In this document: one piece after another, positions 9,697 through 18,495 of the stretch
Layout: every line of letters begins with the position of its first letter
How positions within the stretch are numbered: the stretch's first letter is position 1
Source: an uncultured Candidatus Sumerlaeota bacterium
Lineage (GTDB): Bacteria > Sumerlaeota > Sumerlaeia > MVZB01
Direction of reading: 5' to 3'
Length of the DNA: 64,000 nt
Assembly: GCA_964473105.1 (NCBI GenBank)
Contig: CAYYNQ010000042.1
Coordinates: 58,507 to 122,506 of the forward strand
Made by a program: the position numbers and the translations under genes
Notes under the pieces: model-generated
What the model was told of the DNA's origin: nothing
The model's input: only the letters and a program-made list of their open reading frames with translations
Databases searched by the model: none

Positions 9697-10839
9697 TCAA
9701 GTAGTTGAAAATGTCAGGCTGGATACGACATTACACGACAGAGCTGCATGCCGCTTGAGTGGATTGAGATGCCAGGCAACACCTGCAATCATTGCGGCAT
9801 TGTCAGTACAGAGGCTTGGGTGGGGAAACCAGAATTTCAAATTATCGACTTCCCGGCTCAGTTCTGCGGTACGGTTGCGTAGGCCGCGGTTGCAGGCCAC
9901 ACCACCCGTGATCACAATATTCTGAATATTATTTCGTCTTACTTCCGTGAGTGTTTTTTGCAACAGCGATTCAACAGCCGCAAACTGGAATGCCGCACAG
10001 AGGTCCTTTAACACTTGTTTGGGAATCTTCCCGTCATGCTTTCTTATCTGGTGTTGGGCTTCACGTCCCGCCTGCGTCTTGAGACCGCTGAATGAAAAAT
10101 CCGGTTTATCCCTTCTCATCATTGGTGGCATGATACGGGGAAATGATCCGTCGTTTCCTTCGGAGGCCATCTTGTCGACTTCTGGTCCGCCCGGATAGCC
10201 CAACCCCGCAACACGTGCGAACTTGTCGTAAGCTTCGCCCGCAGCGTCATCGCGTGTCTGGATGATCGTTTTGCATTCTCCTGGCGATGAAACTCGAACA
10301 AGGGCTGTGTGTCCGCCTGATACGATCAGGCCCATATGCGGGTAGGGAGGACAATCAACCACCAGATCCTCCGGAAGCTGATCCCCATCTGGTTTGAGAG
10401 GAAGCGTCGGTTTCATAACACCTTTTTCGATGAGAAGGTGCCATCCAGTGGCCGGTTGTAAACGGTTGGCATAGAGATGTCCAGCAAGGTGATTCACGGT
10501 TACTAGCGGCTTGTCATGTAACCAGGCCAGTGCCTTCGCTGTTTCAAGCCCGATAAGTAGGCAGCCAACAAGGCCGGGCCCTTGTGTTACGGCGATGGCG
10601 TGAATGTCCTCCCAGCCAGTCCCGCTCGTCTCAAGCGCCTGTTCGATCATCGGGAGGCAGGCCTGAATATGGATACGTGCGGCAACTTCCGGAACCACCC
10701 CGCCAAATTGTGCGTGCAGATTACACTGGGACGATACCAGATTGACTTTTACGCGGCCCTCAGCCGAAACTAGGGCCACGGCAGTTTCATCACACGAAGA
10801 TTCAATACCCAGCATTTGGCCCTTTTTCTCGTTACTCAT
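9697..10839 (-). CDS. tsaD: tRNA N6-adenosine threonylcarbamoyltransferase TsaD
   Basis: LGIESSCDETA, GGVVPEVAAR, VNHLAGH, SGGHT, DDAAGEAYDK, LCTDNAAMIA. Confidence 0.97.
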   Translation of the reverse strand: MSNEKKGQMLGIESSCDETAVALVSAEGRVKVNLVSSQCNLHAQFGGVVPEVAARIHIQACLPMIEQALETSGTGWEDIHAIAVTQGPGLVGCLLIGLETAKALAWLHDKPLVTVNHLAGHLYANRLQPATGWHLLIEKGVMKPTLPLKPDGDQLPEDLVVDCPPYPHMGLIVSGGHTALVRVSSPGECKTIIQTRDDAAGEAYDKFARVAGLGYPGGPEVDKMASEGNDGSFPRIMPPMMRRDKPDFSFSGLKTQAGREAQHQIRKHDGKIPKQVLKDLCAAFQFAAVESLLQKTLTEVRRNNIQNIVITGGVACNRGLRNRTAELSREVDNLKFWFPHPSLCTDNAAMIAGVAWHLNPLKRHAALSCNVVSSLTFSTT

Positions 10840-10929
10840 GGAATATCGACTTGCCTCCCGTTATAGACCCGACGGTCAAAGGCACATCATAACAGTCCGG
10901 GCATGTTAGGGTCGAACCTTTTGGTTTCG

Positions 10930-10945
10930 GTTGATCTAGGTCAAC
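10930..10945. promoter_or_regulatory. CRP/FNR-family-like operator between tsaD and ferritin
   Basis: gTTGAT-ctag-GTCAAc is a near-perfect palindrome, one mismatch from the FNR consensus TTGAT-N4-ATCAA. Confidence 0.4.
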
Positions 10946-11076
10946 ATGTGATGGGGACACGAAACAGATGTTCATGTCATATGACAACCCAAATCACCCC
11001 GGTACATTTTTGATTGTTCATTGAACAGGTGTGGCGTAGTATGCTGAGCCAAACCGATGGATAATGGAGGACAAAC

Positions 11077-11598
11077 ATGGCGGTTACCAAGTCAATGCAC
11101 AGAAAATTGCTGACTCAGGTTAAACATGAGTGGGAAGCGGAGTTCTATTACCTGTCGATGATGGCCTGGTGCCTGAACCATGATTATGACGGTTTCGGCA
11201 CTTGGTTCCAGAACCATGCAAACGAAGAGCGGATCCACGGGATGAAGATACTGAAATATCTTAATGAAATCGACTTGGATATCTCAATACCTTCAGTGAC
11301 CCTGAAACCGAAAAAGTTCACATCTGTTGTTCAGTTGTTCAAGACCGCTCTTGACCACGAGTGTCAGGTATCGGAATGGATTCATGAACTAGTTGCTCAG
11401 GCGGTGCGTGAGAAGGATTATCGCACACAGAACTTTCTGCAGTGGTATGTAGCTGAGCAGATTGAGGAGGAGGCTGTGGTCAAGACGGCTTTGACACGTG
11501 TGCGCCGTGCGGGAAAGGATCCGGCAGCACTTCTAATAATCGAAAATGAGTTGTCATCCGGTCTGAACGGAATCAGCAGTGCTGGCTCGGAGGGTTGA
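11077..11598 (+). CDS. ftnA: Non-heme ferritin
   Basis: Ferroxidase-centre pattern HEWEAE.YY, EERIHG, ALDHE, FLQWYVAEQIEEE; GGAGG RBS upstream. Confidence 0.92.
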   Translation: MAVTKSMHRKLLTQVKHEWEAEFYYLSMMAWCLNHDYDGFGTWFQNHANEERIHGMKILKYLNEIDLDISIPSVTLKPKKFTSVVQLFKTALDHECQVSEWIHELVAQAVREKDYRTQNFLQWYVAEQIEEEAVVKTALTRVRRAGKDPAALLIIENELSSGLNGISSAGSEG

Positions 11599-11781
11599 CA
11601 GGCATCTTGGGTTTCTTGATTATCAACCGTTTTACGTTGTCTTCGGCAGTGTTCCTGTAGATGTGGGCTATCCCGGATTCCGGATTATCTTCAGGATAGT
11701 AAAGAAACGGACCCACCTGTGAGTGAGCCCGAATAACCGAATATGATTGGGAAAAATTCCGTAAACGCCAAGATGTTTACG

Positions 11782-14058
11782 TTATTTGTTTCGTCTCGGT
11801 CGTTCGCGAAATGAGTATTCACCCTCACGGTTGCCACGATCCCGGTCACCACCACGGCCCTGGTCACCACCGCCACCACGGCCCCGGTCACCACCGCCAC
11901 CACGGCCCCGGTCCCGGCCACCGCCACGTGGCCCACGTTCACGATCGGGTGGCGGGACGTATCCTTCCGGTTGTTCGGTCAGCACCTTGTGGGACAGTCG
12001 AACCTTACCCTCGGGATCTACATTGGTAACCTTAACCTCGATGATATCACCCAGTTGACAGAAATCTTCAGGATGATCAACACGTTCCCACGACATCTCG
12101 CTCACGTGTAGCAAGCCGTCTCGGCCGGGGAGCAGCTCCAAGAACGCTCCAAAGTCTGTTATACGCACAACCTTGCCCTGGTATACCTGTTCCACTTCAA
12201 CTTCGGCAGTCAACAACTCAACTTCTGACTTTGCAGCATCAGCCGCATTTCCGTCATTTGCCGAGACATAAACTGTACCATCATCCTCAACGTCGATTTT
12301 TGCCCCCGTCTTCTCGACAATACCCCGGATTGTTTTCCCCCCCGGACCGATCAAAGCCCCGATTTTTTCCACCGGTATATGGAGTGTTATGACCCGTGGT
12401 GCACTGTCAGCCATTTCTCCGGGCTGATCAATCAGTTCGGACATTTGCCCAAGTATATCAAGGCGTGCCTCGCGTGCCTGCCGTAATGCCTCGGCCAGAA
12501 TTTCAAAAGTGATTCCTTCCACCTTAATATCCATCTGTAGGGCGGTAATCCCGTCGGTTGTGCCCGCAACCTTGAAATCCATGTCTCCAAGATGGTCCTC
12601 GACCCCTTGGATGTCAGTCAGCACCGCTGTTTGTCCGGTTTCGTTCTGGACCAGTCCCATTGCAATTCCGGCAACCGGTTTGATCAAGGGGACACCGGCG
12701 TCCATCATTGCGAGTGAACCGACGCAAACCGTAGCCATTGAACTGGATCCGTTGGATTCGAGGATCTCGGAAACCATCCTGACGGTATAGGGGAATGTTT
12801 CTTTGTCAGGCATCATGGCAGCAAGCGCACGTTCAGCAAGTGCGCCATGACCTATCTCCCGCCGCCCCGGAGCACGCATGGGACGTGCCTCGCCCACGGA
12901 ATATGGCGGAAAATTGTAATGCAGCATAAAATACTTGTCATAGGTTCCGTGCATGTCGTCAATCATCTGTGAATCGCCGACCGTCCCCAACGTGACGACT
13001 CCCAATGCTTGAGTCTGGCCCCGCGTGAAAATAGCTGAACCGTGCACTGAAGGAAGCACTTTCCGCTCGACGGTGACTGGCCGGATCTCGGTCGACTGAC
13101 GGCCGTCAACCCGTTTGCCGTCCTCGATAATCAGTTTCCTTACCTCGCGGCTGAGAATATGTTCGGCCGCATCACGCAGGTTCGACTTCTCGTCGGGATA
13201 TTCCTCGCCAAAGGCATTGACCCCCGCCTTCAGGATGGAATGTTCCCCCTCGGTGAAAGCCTCCTTGGTCCGAACCTCCCCGAGCAGCTCACTAACCATG
13301 GGCGCAAGCAAATCCTCCAGCTTTTGTTCCAGCTCGACGGGTAGTTTCGGCGACTGGAATTCGACCTTTGCTTTCGGATTCGCACTCTGGACGAATTTCT
13401 CCTGTGCATCGATGTTTTCCCGGATTGCATCATGGCCGAATTTGAGTGCCTCGATCATAACATCCTCCCCCAGTTCCTGTGCGCCGGATTCAACCATGTT
13501 GATGGCGGAGCGCGTGCCGGCAACAATGAGATCCAACTCGCTTTCCTTCATCTGGGATATGGTCGGGTTCACGATGAATTCATCGTTGATGCGACCCACA
13601 CGGACAGCACCCAGCGGGGTCTGGAACGGAACGGAGGATAATTGTAATGCGATGCTTGTCGTGTTCAGCGCCGCGATTTCCGCCTGATGTTCTCCATCGC
13701 TTGCGACAATAGTGATATAAACCATCACCTCATTGCGCAAGCCCTCTGGAAACAGCGGTCGAATTGCACGATCGGTAATCCGGGCCTTTAGCGTTTCCAT
13801 ATCGCCAGGCCTGCTTTCACGCTTGAAGAAACCACCGGGTATCCGTCCGGTAGCATAAAATTTTTCCCTGTAGTCGACCATTAGGGGGAAAAAATCAGCG
13901 CCTTCGCGTGGTTCGGAGGATGCTGTAACGGCAACGATCAGGGTGGTTCCCCCAATGGTTGTGATGACTGCACCGTCAGCCTGCTTTACCAGTCGGCCGG
14001 TTTCAACCTGCATCGGCTCGACGCCAAAAGGCAATGATGCCCTTGATGTTTTTTGCAT
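11782..14058 (-). CDS. pnp: Polyribonucleotide nucleotidyltransferase (PNPase)
   Basis: DFFPLMVDYRE, FTRGQTQ, RREIGHG, SNGSSSMA, GDMDFKVAG, KH and S1 domains; downstream of rpsO. Confidence 0.99.
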   Translation of the reverse strand: MQKTSRASLPFGVEPMQVETGRLVKQADGAVITTIGGTTLIVAVTASSEPREGADFFPLMVDYREKFYATGRIPGGFFKRESRPGDMETLKARITDRAIRPLFPEGLRNEVMVYITIVASDGEHQAEIAALNTTSIALQLSSVPFQTPLGAVRVGRINDEFIVNPTISQMKESELDLIVAGTRSAINMVESGAQELGEDVMIEALKFGHDAIRENIDAQEKFVQSANPKAKVEFQSPKLPVELEQKLEDLLAPMVSELLGEVRTKEAFTEGEHSILKAGVNAFGEEYPDEKSNLRDAAEHILSREVRKLIIEDGKRVDGRQSTEIRPVTVERKVLPSVHGSAIFTRGQTQALGVVTLGTVGDSQMIDDMHGTYDKYFMLHYNFPPYSVGEARPMRAPGRREIGHGALAERALAAMMPDKETFPYTVRMVSEILESNGSSSMATVCVGSLAMMDAGVPLIKPVAGIAMGLVQNETGQTAVLTDIQGVEDHLGDMDFKVAGTTDGITALQMDIKVEGITFEILAEALRQAREARLDILGQMSELIDQPGEMADSAPRVITLHIPVEKIGALIGPGGKTIRGIVEKTGAKIDVEDDGTVYVSANDGNAADAAKSEVELLTAEVEVEQVYQGKVVRITDFGAFLELLPGRDGLLHVSEMSWERVDHPEDFCQLGDIIEVKVTNVDPEGKVRLSHKVLTEQPEGYVPPPDRERGPRGGGRDRGRGGGGDRGRGGGGDQGRGGDRDRGNREGEYSFRERPRRNK
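11849..11913. repeat. 24-bp tandem repeat (~2.7 copies) encoding the RG-rich PNPase tail
   Basis: ccaccacggcccYggtcaccaccg at 11849 and 11873, partial copy at 11897. Confidence 0.85.
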
Positions 14059-14172
14059 AATCTACTCACCTTAGTCTTCGTGGAACACTGATCCGATATC
14101 TACCCATGGGCGAACAGCAGCAAAACATGTATCCGACATAACGCAGGCGGAATCATGATGACGGCTGAGACT

Positions 14173-14305
14173 GGGACTGACGGGATAAAGAGAGGACTCG
14201 GGGTTTTAAATCCAAAGGTTACCCAAGGGTTTCCGGGTTGTCCCGGAGGGCGAACCTTTCTATTTAAAATCCCGTGCGCTCTCCTTCTTTTTCCCTGTCT
14301 GTCCC
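14173..14305 (-). promoter_or_regulatory. Long imperfect hairpin in the rpsO-pnp spacer (probable RNase III processing stem)
   Basis: Nested complementary blocks gggactgac/gtctgtccc, gggataaag/ctttttccc, agag/ctct, ttttaaat/atttaaaa, aaaggtt/aaccttt, tccggg-ttgt-cccgga. Confidence 0.65.
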
Positions 14306-14436
14306 CGACCCGGATCGGGTCCTCGAAATATTTTTTTCTGGCCGGGTTGTATCTTGAAAACCCTTGGCCGCCTGCCATTATTCCGGGCTTGATGCCCGAA
14401 TCGCGCTCATTTTCCTGATGGATCTTACATCGATAC

Positions 14437-14706
14437 CTATCGGCGAAGTCCCAACCGCTTGATCAATGCTCGATAACGCTCGATTTCGTTATCCCGGAGA
14501 TAACCCAGCAGCGCCTTGCGTCTGCTGACATGCTTTAGCAGGCCGCGGCGCGAATGGTGGTCCTTTGTGTGGGTCTTGAAGTGGTCCGTCAGGCTATTGA
14601 TCCTTTCGGTCAGTACTGCCACCTGCACTTCCGGTGAACCGGTGTCATTATCGTGGGTTTTATACTCCCCAATCAGTTCCCGTTTGCGTTCAACCGTAAT
14701 CGACAT
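14437..14706 (-). CDS. rpsO: 30S ribosomal protein S15
   Basis: [23 protein letters not shown], ends LGLRR; 89 aa; AGGAGG RBS. Confidence 0.99.
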   Translation of the reverse strand: MSITVERKRELIGEYKTHDNDTGSPEVQVAVLTERINSLTDHFKTHTKDHHSRRGLLKHVSRRKALLGYLRDNEIERYRALIKRLGLRR

Positions 14707-14718
14707 GATCGTTCATAT

Positions 14719-14907
14719 CCTCCTGGTCAGGCATACATTCCGGGCGTGCCCCGCCTTCAAAGTTCAAGTCCACCTAGCCGGACTCCGCCTGACCGCCCCG
14801 CCGTATGCAGAGGAGGTTAAATCCAAGACCTGCAAAGCGGCCGAGCCAGCCGGCACTTCAGCCTGATCTGGGCACGCACGAGTCTGTCAGCGCAGGACAA
14901 ACCTCCC
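14719..14907 (-). ncRNA. Structured rpsO 5' leader (candidate S15 autoregulatory RNA)
   Basis: Nested stems gcgtgccc/gggcacgc, aagt/actt, gccgg/ccggc, ggccgc/gcggtc, tgcag/ctgca; CCTCCT anti-SD in the apical loop. Confidence 0.5.
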
Positions 14908-14910
14908 TAC

Positions 14911-14939
14911 ATCTAACTGATTCAGCCAATGACTGTCAA
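14911..14939 (-). promoter_or_regulatory. Candidate sigma70 promoter for rpsO-pnp
   Basis: Minus strand TTGACA-17 bp-TTAGAT; perfect -35, weak -10; lies just upstream of the structured leader. Confidence 0.35.
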
Positions 14940-15183
14940 CCTGTCAAAACATTCTGGATAGGGACACGATCGTTGCAATATCGATAAATCCAAGAATGAA
15001 TACTAATGTATAATGTTGATAATAAATAGTATATATTATTATTCGGTTGGGTCCGGTTGTCTCCTTTGACACCCTCCATATCCGGCCATAGGATTAGGAT
15101 ATGCAGTTGTATTCTTGAAGCAGAGTCATGGTGCAATTGCCCGATTTTTTGTAAAATTCATGTTAAGTTAGGATGATAAACCG

Positions 15184-16182
15184 GTGAAAGTCTGTTTTAT
15201 AGGAACCCCCGAATTTGCCCTGCCGGCTTTAGATCAGTTGATCCGTAGCCAGCACAAGGTCGTGTTGGTTCTGACACAACCCGACCGGCCCAGAGGTCGC
15301 GGCAGAAAGGTCCAGCCTTCCCCAATCAAGAGGCTCGTCGATGAGAAAGGGCTGACGGTTCTTCAGCCAGGACTGTTGAGGGAAGACGGGAGGCAGATTG
15401 CAGCGGCCATTCGTGATTCCGGGGCACGGATCAGTGTTGTCGCGTCCTATGGCCAGATTCTGACGGATGAAATCCTCAACGCAACCCCGCTAGGTTGCAT
15501 TAATATTCATCCATCCCTTCTGCCTGCCTATCGAGGTGCAGCGCCGGTTCAGCGCAGTATTCTGGATGGAAATACCAAGACCGGGGTAACAATTATGCAG
15601 GTTACCCGGGAACTAGACGCAGGGCCGGTCATAACTCAGCAAACGATCGAGATCTTGCCTGACGACAACGCCCGTTCGCTGGGGGAAATGGCGGCTGTCA
15701 TCGGGGCAGAAATGATAATACGGATTATCAATGAGGCTGAAAAGACTGGACGGATCGAATCAGAGGAGCAGGATCATGAGGCGGCGACGTATGCAGACCG
15801 GATTCGCAAGGAGGAGGGGATGATCAACTGGGCGTATACCACCGAGGAGATCATGTTCCACCTAAGGGCCATGACCCCTTGGCCAGGATCCTATACTTTT
15901 ATAAATGGTAAAAAGCGGCTTACTCTCGTGCAAGCGGAGCCGCTGTGGGGAAACGAGGCCGTGGAGTTGGGCGAACCCATGCAGGAAACCGAACCTGGAA
16001 CCGTGACGGGATTGAAGAAGGGGTTTGGGTTCTCCGTTAGAACCGGATCAGGACACCTGCTGGTGACCCGGGTCAAACTGGAGGGCAAGAAACAGGTCGA
16101 TGCTGCCAGCTTTATTCTGGGTCGGGGTGTTGTTCCGGGGGATTACCTCTGTCGCCAAGGCGAAATACCAACAGCCGAATAA
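15184..16182 (+). CDS. fmt: Methionyl-tRNA formyltransferase
   Basis: FIGTPEFA, TQPDRPRGRG, INIHPSLLPAYRGAAPVQ, LDAGPV. Confidence 0.97.
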   Translation: MKVCFIGTPEFALPALDQLIRSQHKVVLVLTQPDRPRGRGRKVQPSPIKRLVDEKGLTVLQPGLLREDGRQIAAAIRDSGARISVVASYGQILTDEILNATPLGCINIHPSLLPAYRGAAPVQRSILDGNTKTGVTIMQVTRELDAGPVITQQTIEILPDDNARSLGEMAAVIGAEMIIRIINEAEKTGRIESEEQDHEAATYADRIRKEEGMINWAYTTEEIMFHLRAMTPWPGSYTFINGKKRLTLVQAEPLWGNEAVELGEPMQETEPGTVTGLKKGFGFSVRTGSGHLLVTRVKLEGKKQVDAASFILGRGVVPGDYLCRQGEIPTAE

Positions 16183-16190
16183 AGCCATAT

Positions 16191-17387
16191 TCATGGCCCA
16201 CGCCGTGTGCCGATTCCAAGGCAAAGACCGATCGATAACAGGCAGGTGATCATGAATGACCCGCCATAAGAGAAAAAGGGCAAGGGCAGGCCAGTTACCG
16301 GCAGCAGCCCGATCGTCATTCCAATGTTGAAGACCACATGCGTTGCAAACATGGTGGCGATTCCCGTAATTATATAGGAACCAAATCGGTTGTGACACGA
16401 GCGTGCGAGACGTAATAACCGCCAGATGAAAATCAGCAGGCTACCCAGCACAACAACGCAACCCGTAAAGCCAAACTGTTCCCCAACTGTTGGGAATATA
16501 AAATCGGTGTGATATTCTGGGAGGAAACGAAAACGGGTCTGTGTACCTTCCCCCCAACCTTTTCCGAATGCCTGTCCAGACCCCAGGGCTGTCTGGGATT
16601 GGATTACATTATATCCTTTGCCAAGCGGATCGGCCTCGGGATTCAGAAATGAAATGAGTCGGTCCTGTTGGTAGGGTTTGAGGTGCTTGAATCCTGCGGC
16701 GCCAAGCAAGATGACCGACAGCAGGATAAGCAGGAACACACGCTTGCGGAGGCCGGCGACCCAAAACATCACGAGCAGAATGGAAACCATAACAGCTGCG
16801 GTTCCCAGATCCGGCTGGAACAGAATCAAAACTGTCGGGAGGGCGGCGATGAATGCGGGGATAATAACGTGCCTCAAGCCCCTGAACTTATGGGCACGCC
16901 AATTCAGCCACGAGGCGGTTGTTATGATAATTATCAGTTTCGCTGGTTCCGAGGGTTGAAAGCGCATGAAACCGAAATCATACCACGACCGTGCGCCCTT
17001 GATCGCTTGGTCTTCGAGGAAGAGTCCCGCAAGCATAGGAATCATTACCAGATATATCAGCCAGATGATGCGCAGTAGCCATCGATAGTTGAACAAGATC
17101 ACGCCAGCCATCAGAGACAGACCAAGCCCGATCCAAATCAACTGCCGCTTGATATATTCGTTGAATGGCCAGAACTGGGGGCCACTACCATCGCTGGTTG
17201 CGCCAACAAGCGTGATCAATCCGAACATCAAAAGAAAAAGGGTAATTAGGACCAGACACCAGTCCACCTTGGGGAGAACTCTCGCGGGACCCATGCGGAA
17301 TTGTGGGTGGAAGTTCATTCGTTTGGTCCCCCATGGATCTTGATTGTAACATGAACGGCTAAGCGGCGGATTTCTTGGGATTTCCAT
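16191..17387 (-). CDS. rodA: Rod shape-determining protein RodA (SEDS family)
   Basis: GARSW, FQPSEPAK, QPDLGTA, GYNVIQS..ALGSG, LPEYHTDFIF, PVTGLPLPFFSYGGS; start may be ATG 17318. Confidence 0.93.
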   Translation of the reverse strand: MEIPRNPPLSRSCYNQDPWGTKRMNFHPQFRMGPARVLPKVDWCLVLITLFLLMFGLITLVGATSDGSGPQFWPFNEYIKRQLIWIGLGLSLMAGVILFNYRWLLRIIWLIYLVMIPMLAGLFLEDQAIKGARSWYDFGFMRFQPSEPAKLIIIITTASWLNWRAHKFRGLRHVIIPAFIAALPTVLILFQPDLGTAAVMVSILLVMFWVAGLRKRVFLLILLSVILLGAAGFKHLKPYQQDRLISFLNPEADPLGKGYNVIQSQTALGSGQAFGKGWGEGTQTRFRFLPEYHTDFIFPTVGEQFGFTGCVVVLGSLLIFIWRLLRLARSCHNRFGSYIITGIATMFATHVVFNIGMTIGLLPVTGLPLPFFSYGGSFMITCLLSIGLCLGIGTRRGP

Positions 17388-17952
17388 GGAAGACCAGATG
17401 AATAAATGACCGGATGGCAGGTCAACTGCCGGGTTGATCTGTGTGCGGATAAGGCCGAAAATATTGAATGGAATGAAGTCATTGTGATCAGGTTGTATCC
17501 CGTTTATGGTTCTTTATATCCATCCTTATGAACCCGGACAAGCCCACTTCATGCAGGATATCCCGCTAGCTTGAAAGATCATATGAGATTTATCATAAAA
17601 TGGATTTGGATGCTTGGATGAGCGGGCACGGGGATGCCCGGCCAACACGTCCGAATCCGGGTAACCAGAACAAGAATTTACCTATGGTCGGGACGGGAAA
17701 TTATTCCTGCGATTAATCTGGCGCCTTCACATTGGTCCTCCGGTTAGGCCTTACGACAGGGATTGACTCATCGTCTTGTTCTATGGAAATAATAATCCGC
17801 CTCACCGGGGTTGAAGTGGGAGTGGCGGCGTGCTGACCCAAATGCACGGCCGGATATATCCATTGACGGGCGCACGGGTGGACTTCATCATGTTGAGTCC
17901 AGACTAAACCGTTGATTCCGAAAGGCTTTTCCGGCATGGCAGGAGATTTATT

Positions 17953-18495
17953 TTGGTGAAGAAGGAGTATGAAGTTATCGGGACCGGTCGTTTCTGCCGC
18001 TTTGTCGTTCGTCATGGTTGGGAGTATCTGGAACGCTTGCGCGTGAGGGGTATTGTCTGCATTCTTGCGGTGACGCCGGACGAGAAAGTGGTGCTGACCG
18101 AACAATTCAGACCCGCGCTTTATAGGGCCGTCATCGAGTTGCCTGCCGGTCTAGTGGGTGATGACCCGGGCATGGAAAACGAATCATTTGAATCCGCGGC
18201 AAAACGCGAGTTGCTTGAGGAAACCGGATGGCATGCGACTGAATTCAACCGAATGGGTCTCTTTCCAACCTCAACCGGCCTGACTTCGGAACAGGTTGTC
18301 CTTTATTCAACACGGGCGCTCGAGAAGCAACACGAAGGCGGTGGTGTTGGTGATGAAATGATCACGGTACACGAGGTACCCCTGGCCGAAATCGATGGCT
18401 GGATTGCAAGCCAGAACGAATCGGACAGGTTGGTTGACCCCAAGGTCTATGCAGGGTTGTATTTCCTCCGGTATCATGGGGGAAAGCACATATGA
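17953..18495 (+). CDS. NUDIX hydrolase (ADP-ribose pyrophosphatase-like)
   Basis: EQFRP, IELPAGLVG, AAKRELLEETG Nudix box. Confidence 0.92.
   Translation: MVKKEYEVIGTGRFCRFVVRHGWEYLERLRVRGIVCILAVTPDEKVVLTEQFRPALYRAVIELPAGLVGDDPGMENESFESAAKRELLEETGWHATEFNRMGLFPTSTGLTSEQVVLYSTRALEKQHEGGGVGDEMITVHEVPLAEIDGWIASQNESDRLVDPKVYAGLYFLRYHGGKHI

Noticed and set aside
11849-11913. CRISPR-like repeat
   Set aside because: Units are contiguous with no spacers and lie in frame within pnp
14100-14418. ORFs of 92 and 87 aa in the rpsO-pnp spacer
   Set aside because: No protein-like features; the region is better explained by the long RNA hairpin
14719-14907. Firm call as 6S RNA, SRP RNA or tRNA-Sec
   Set aside because: Size and hairpin shape fit 6S loosely, but the SRP and tRNA motifs are absent and the structure runs into the rpsO RBS; left as an unassigned leader
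15160-15170. ATGTTAAGTTA also present near 35600 as a shared operator
   Set aside because: An 11-mer match is expected by chance many times in 64 kb
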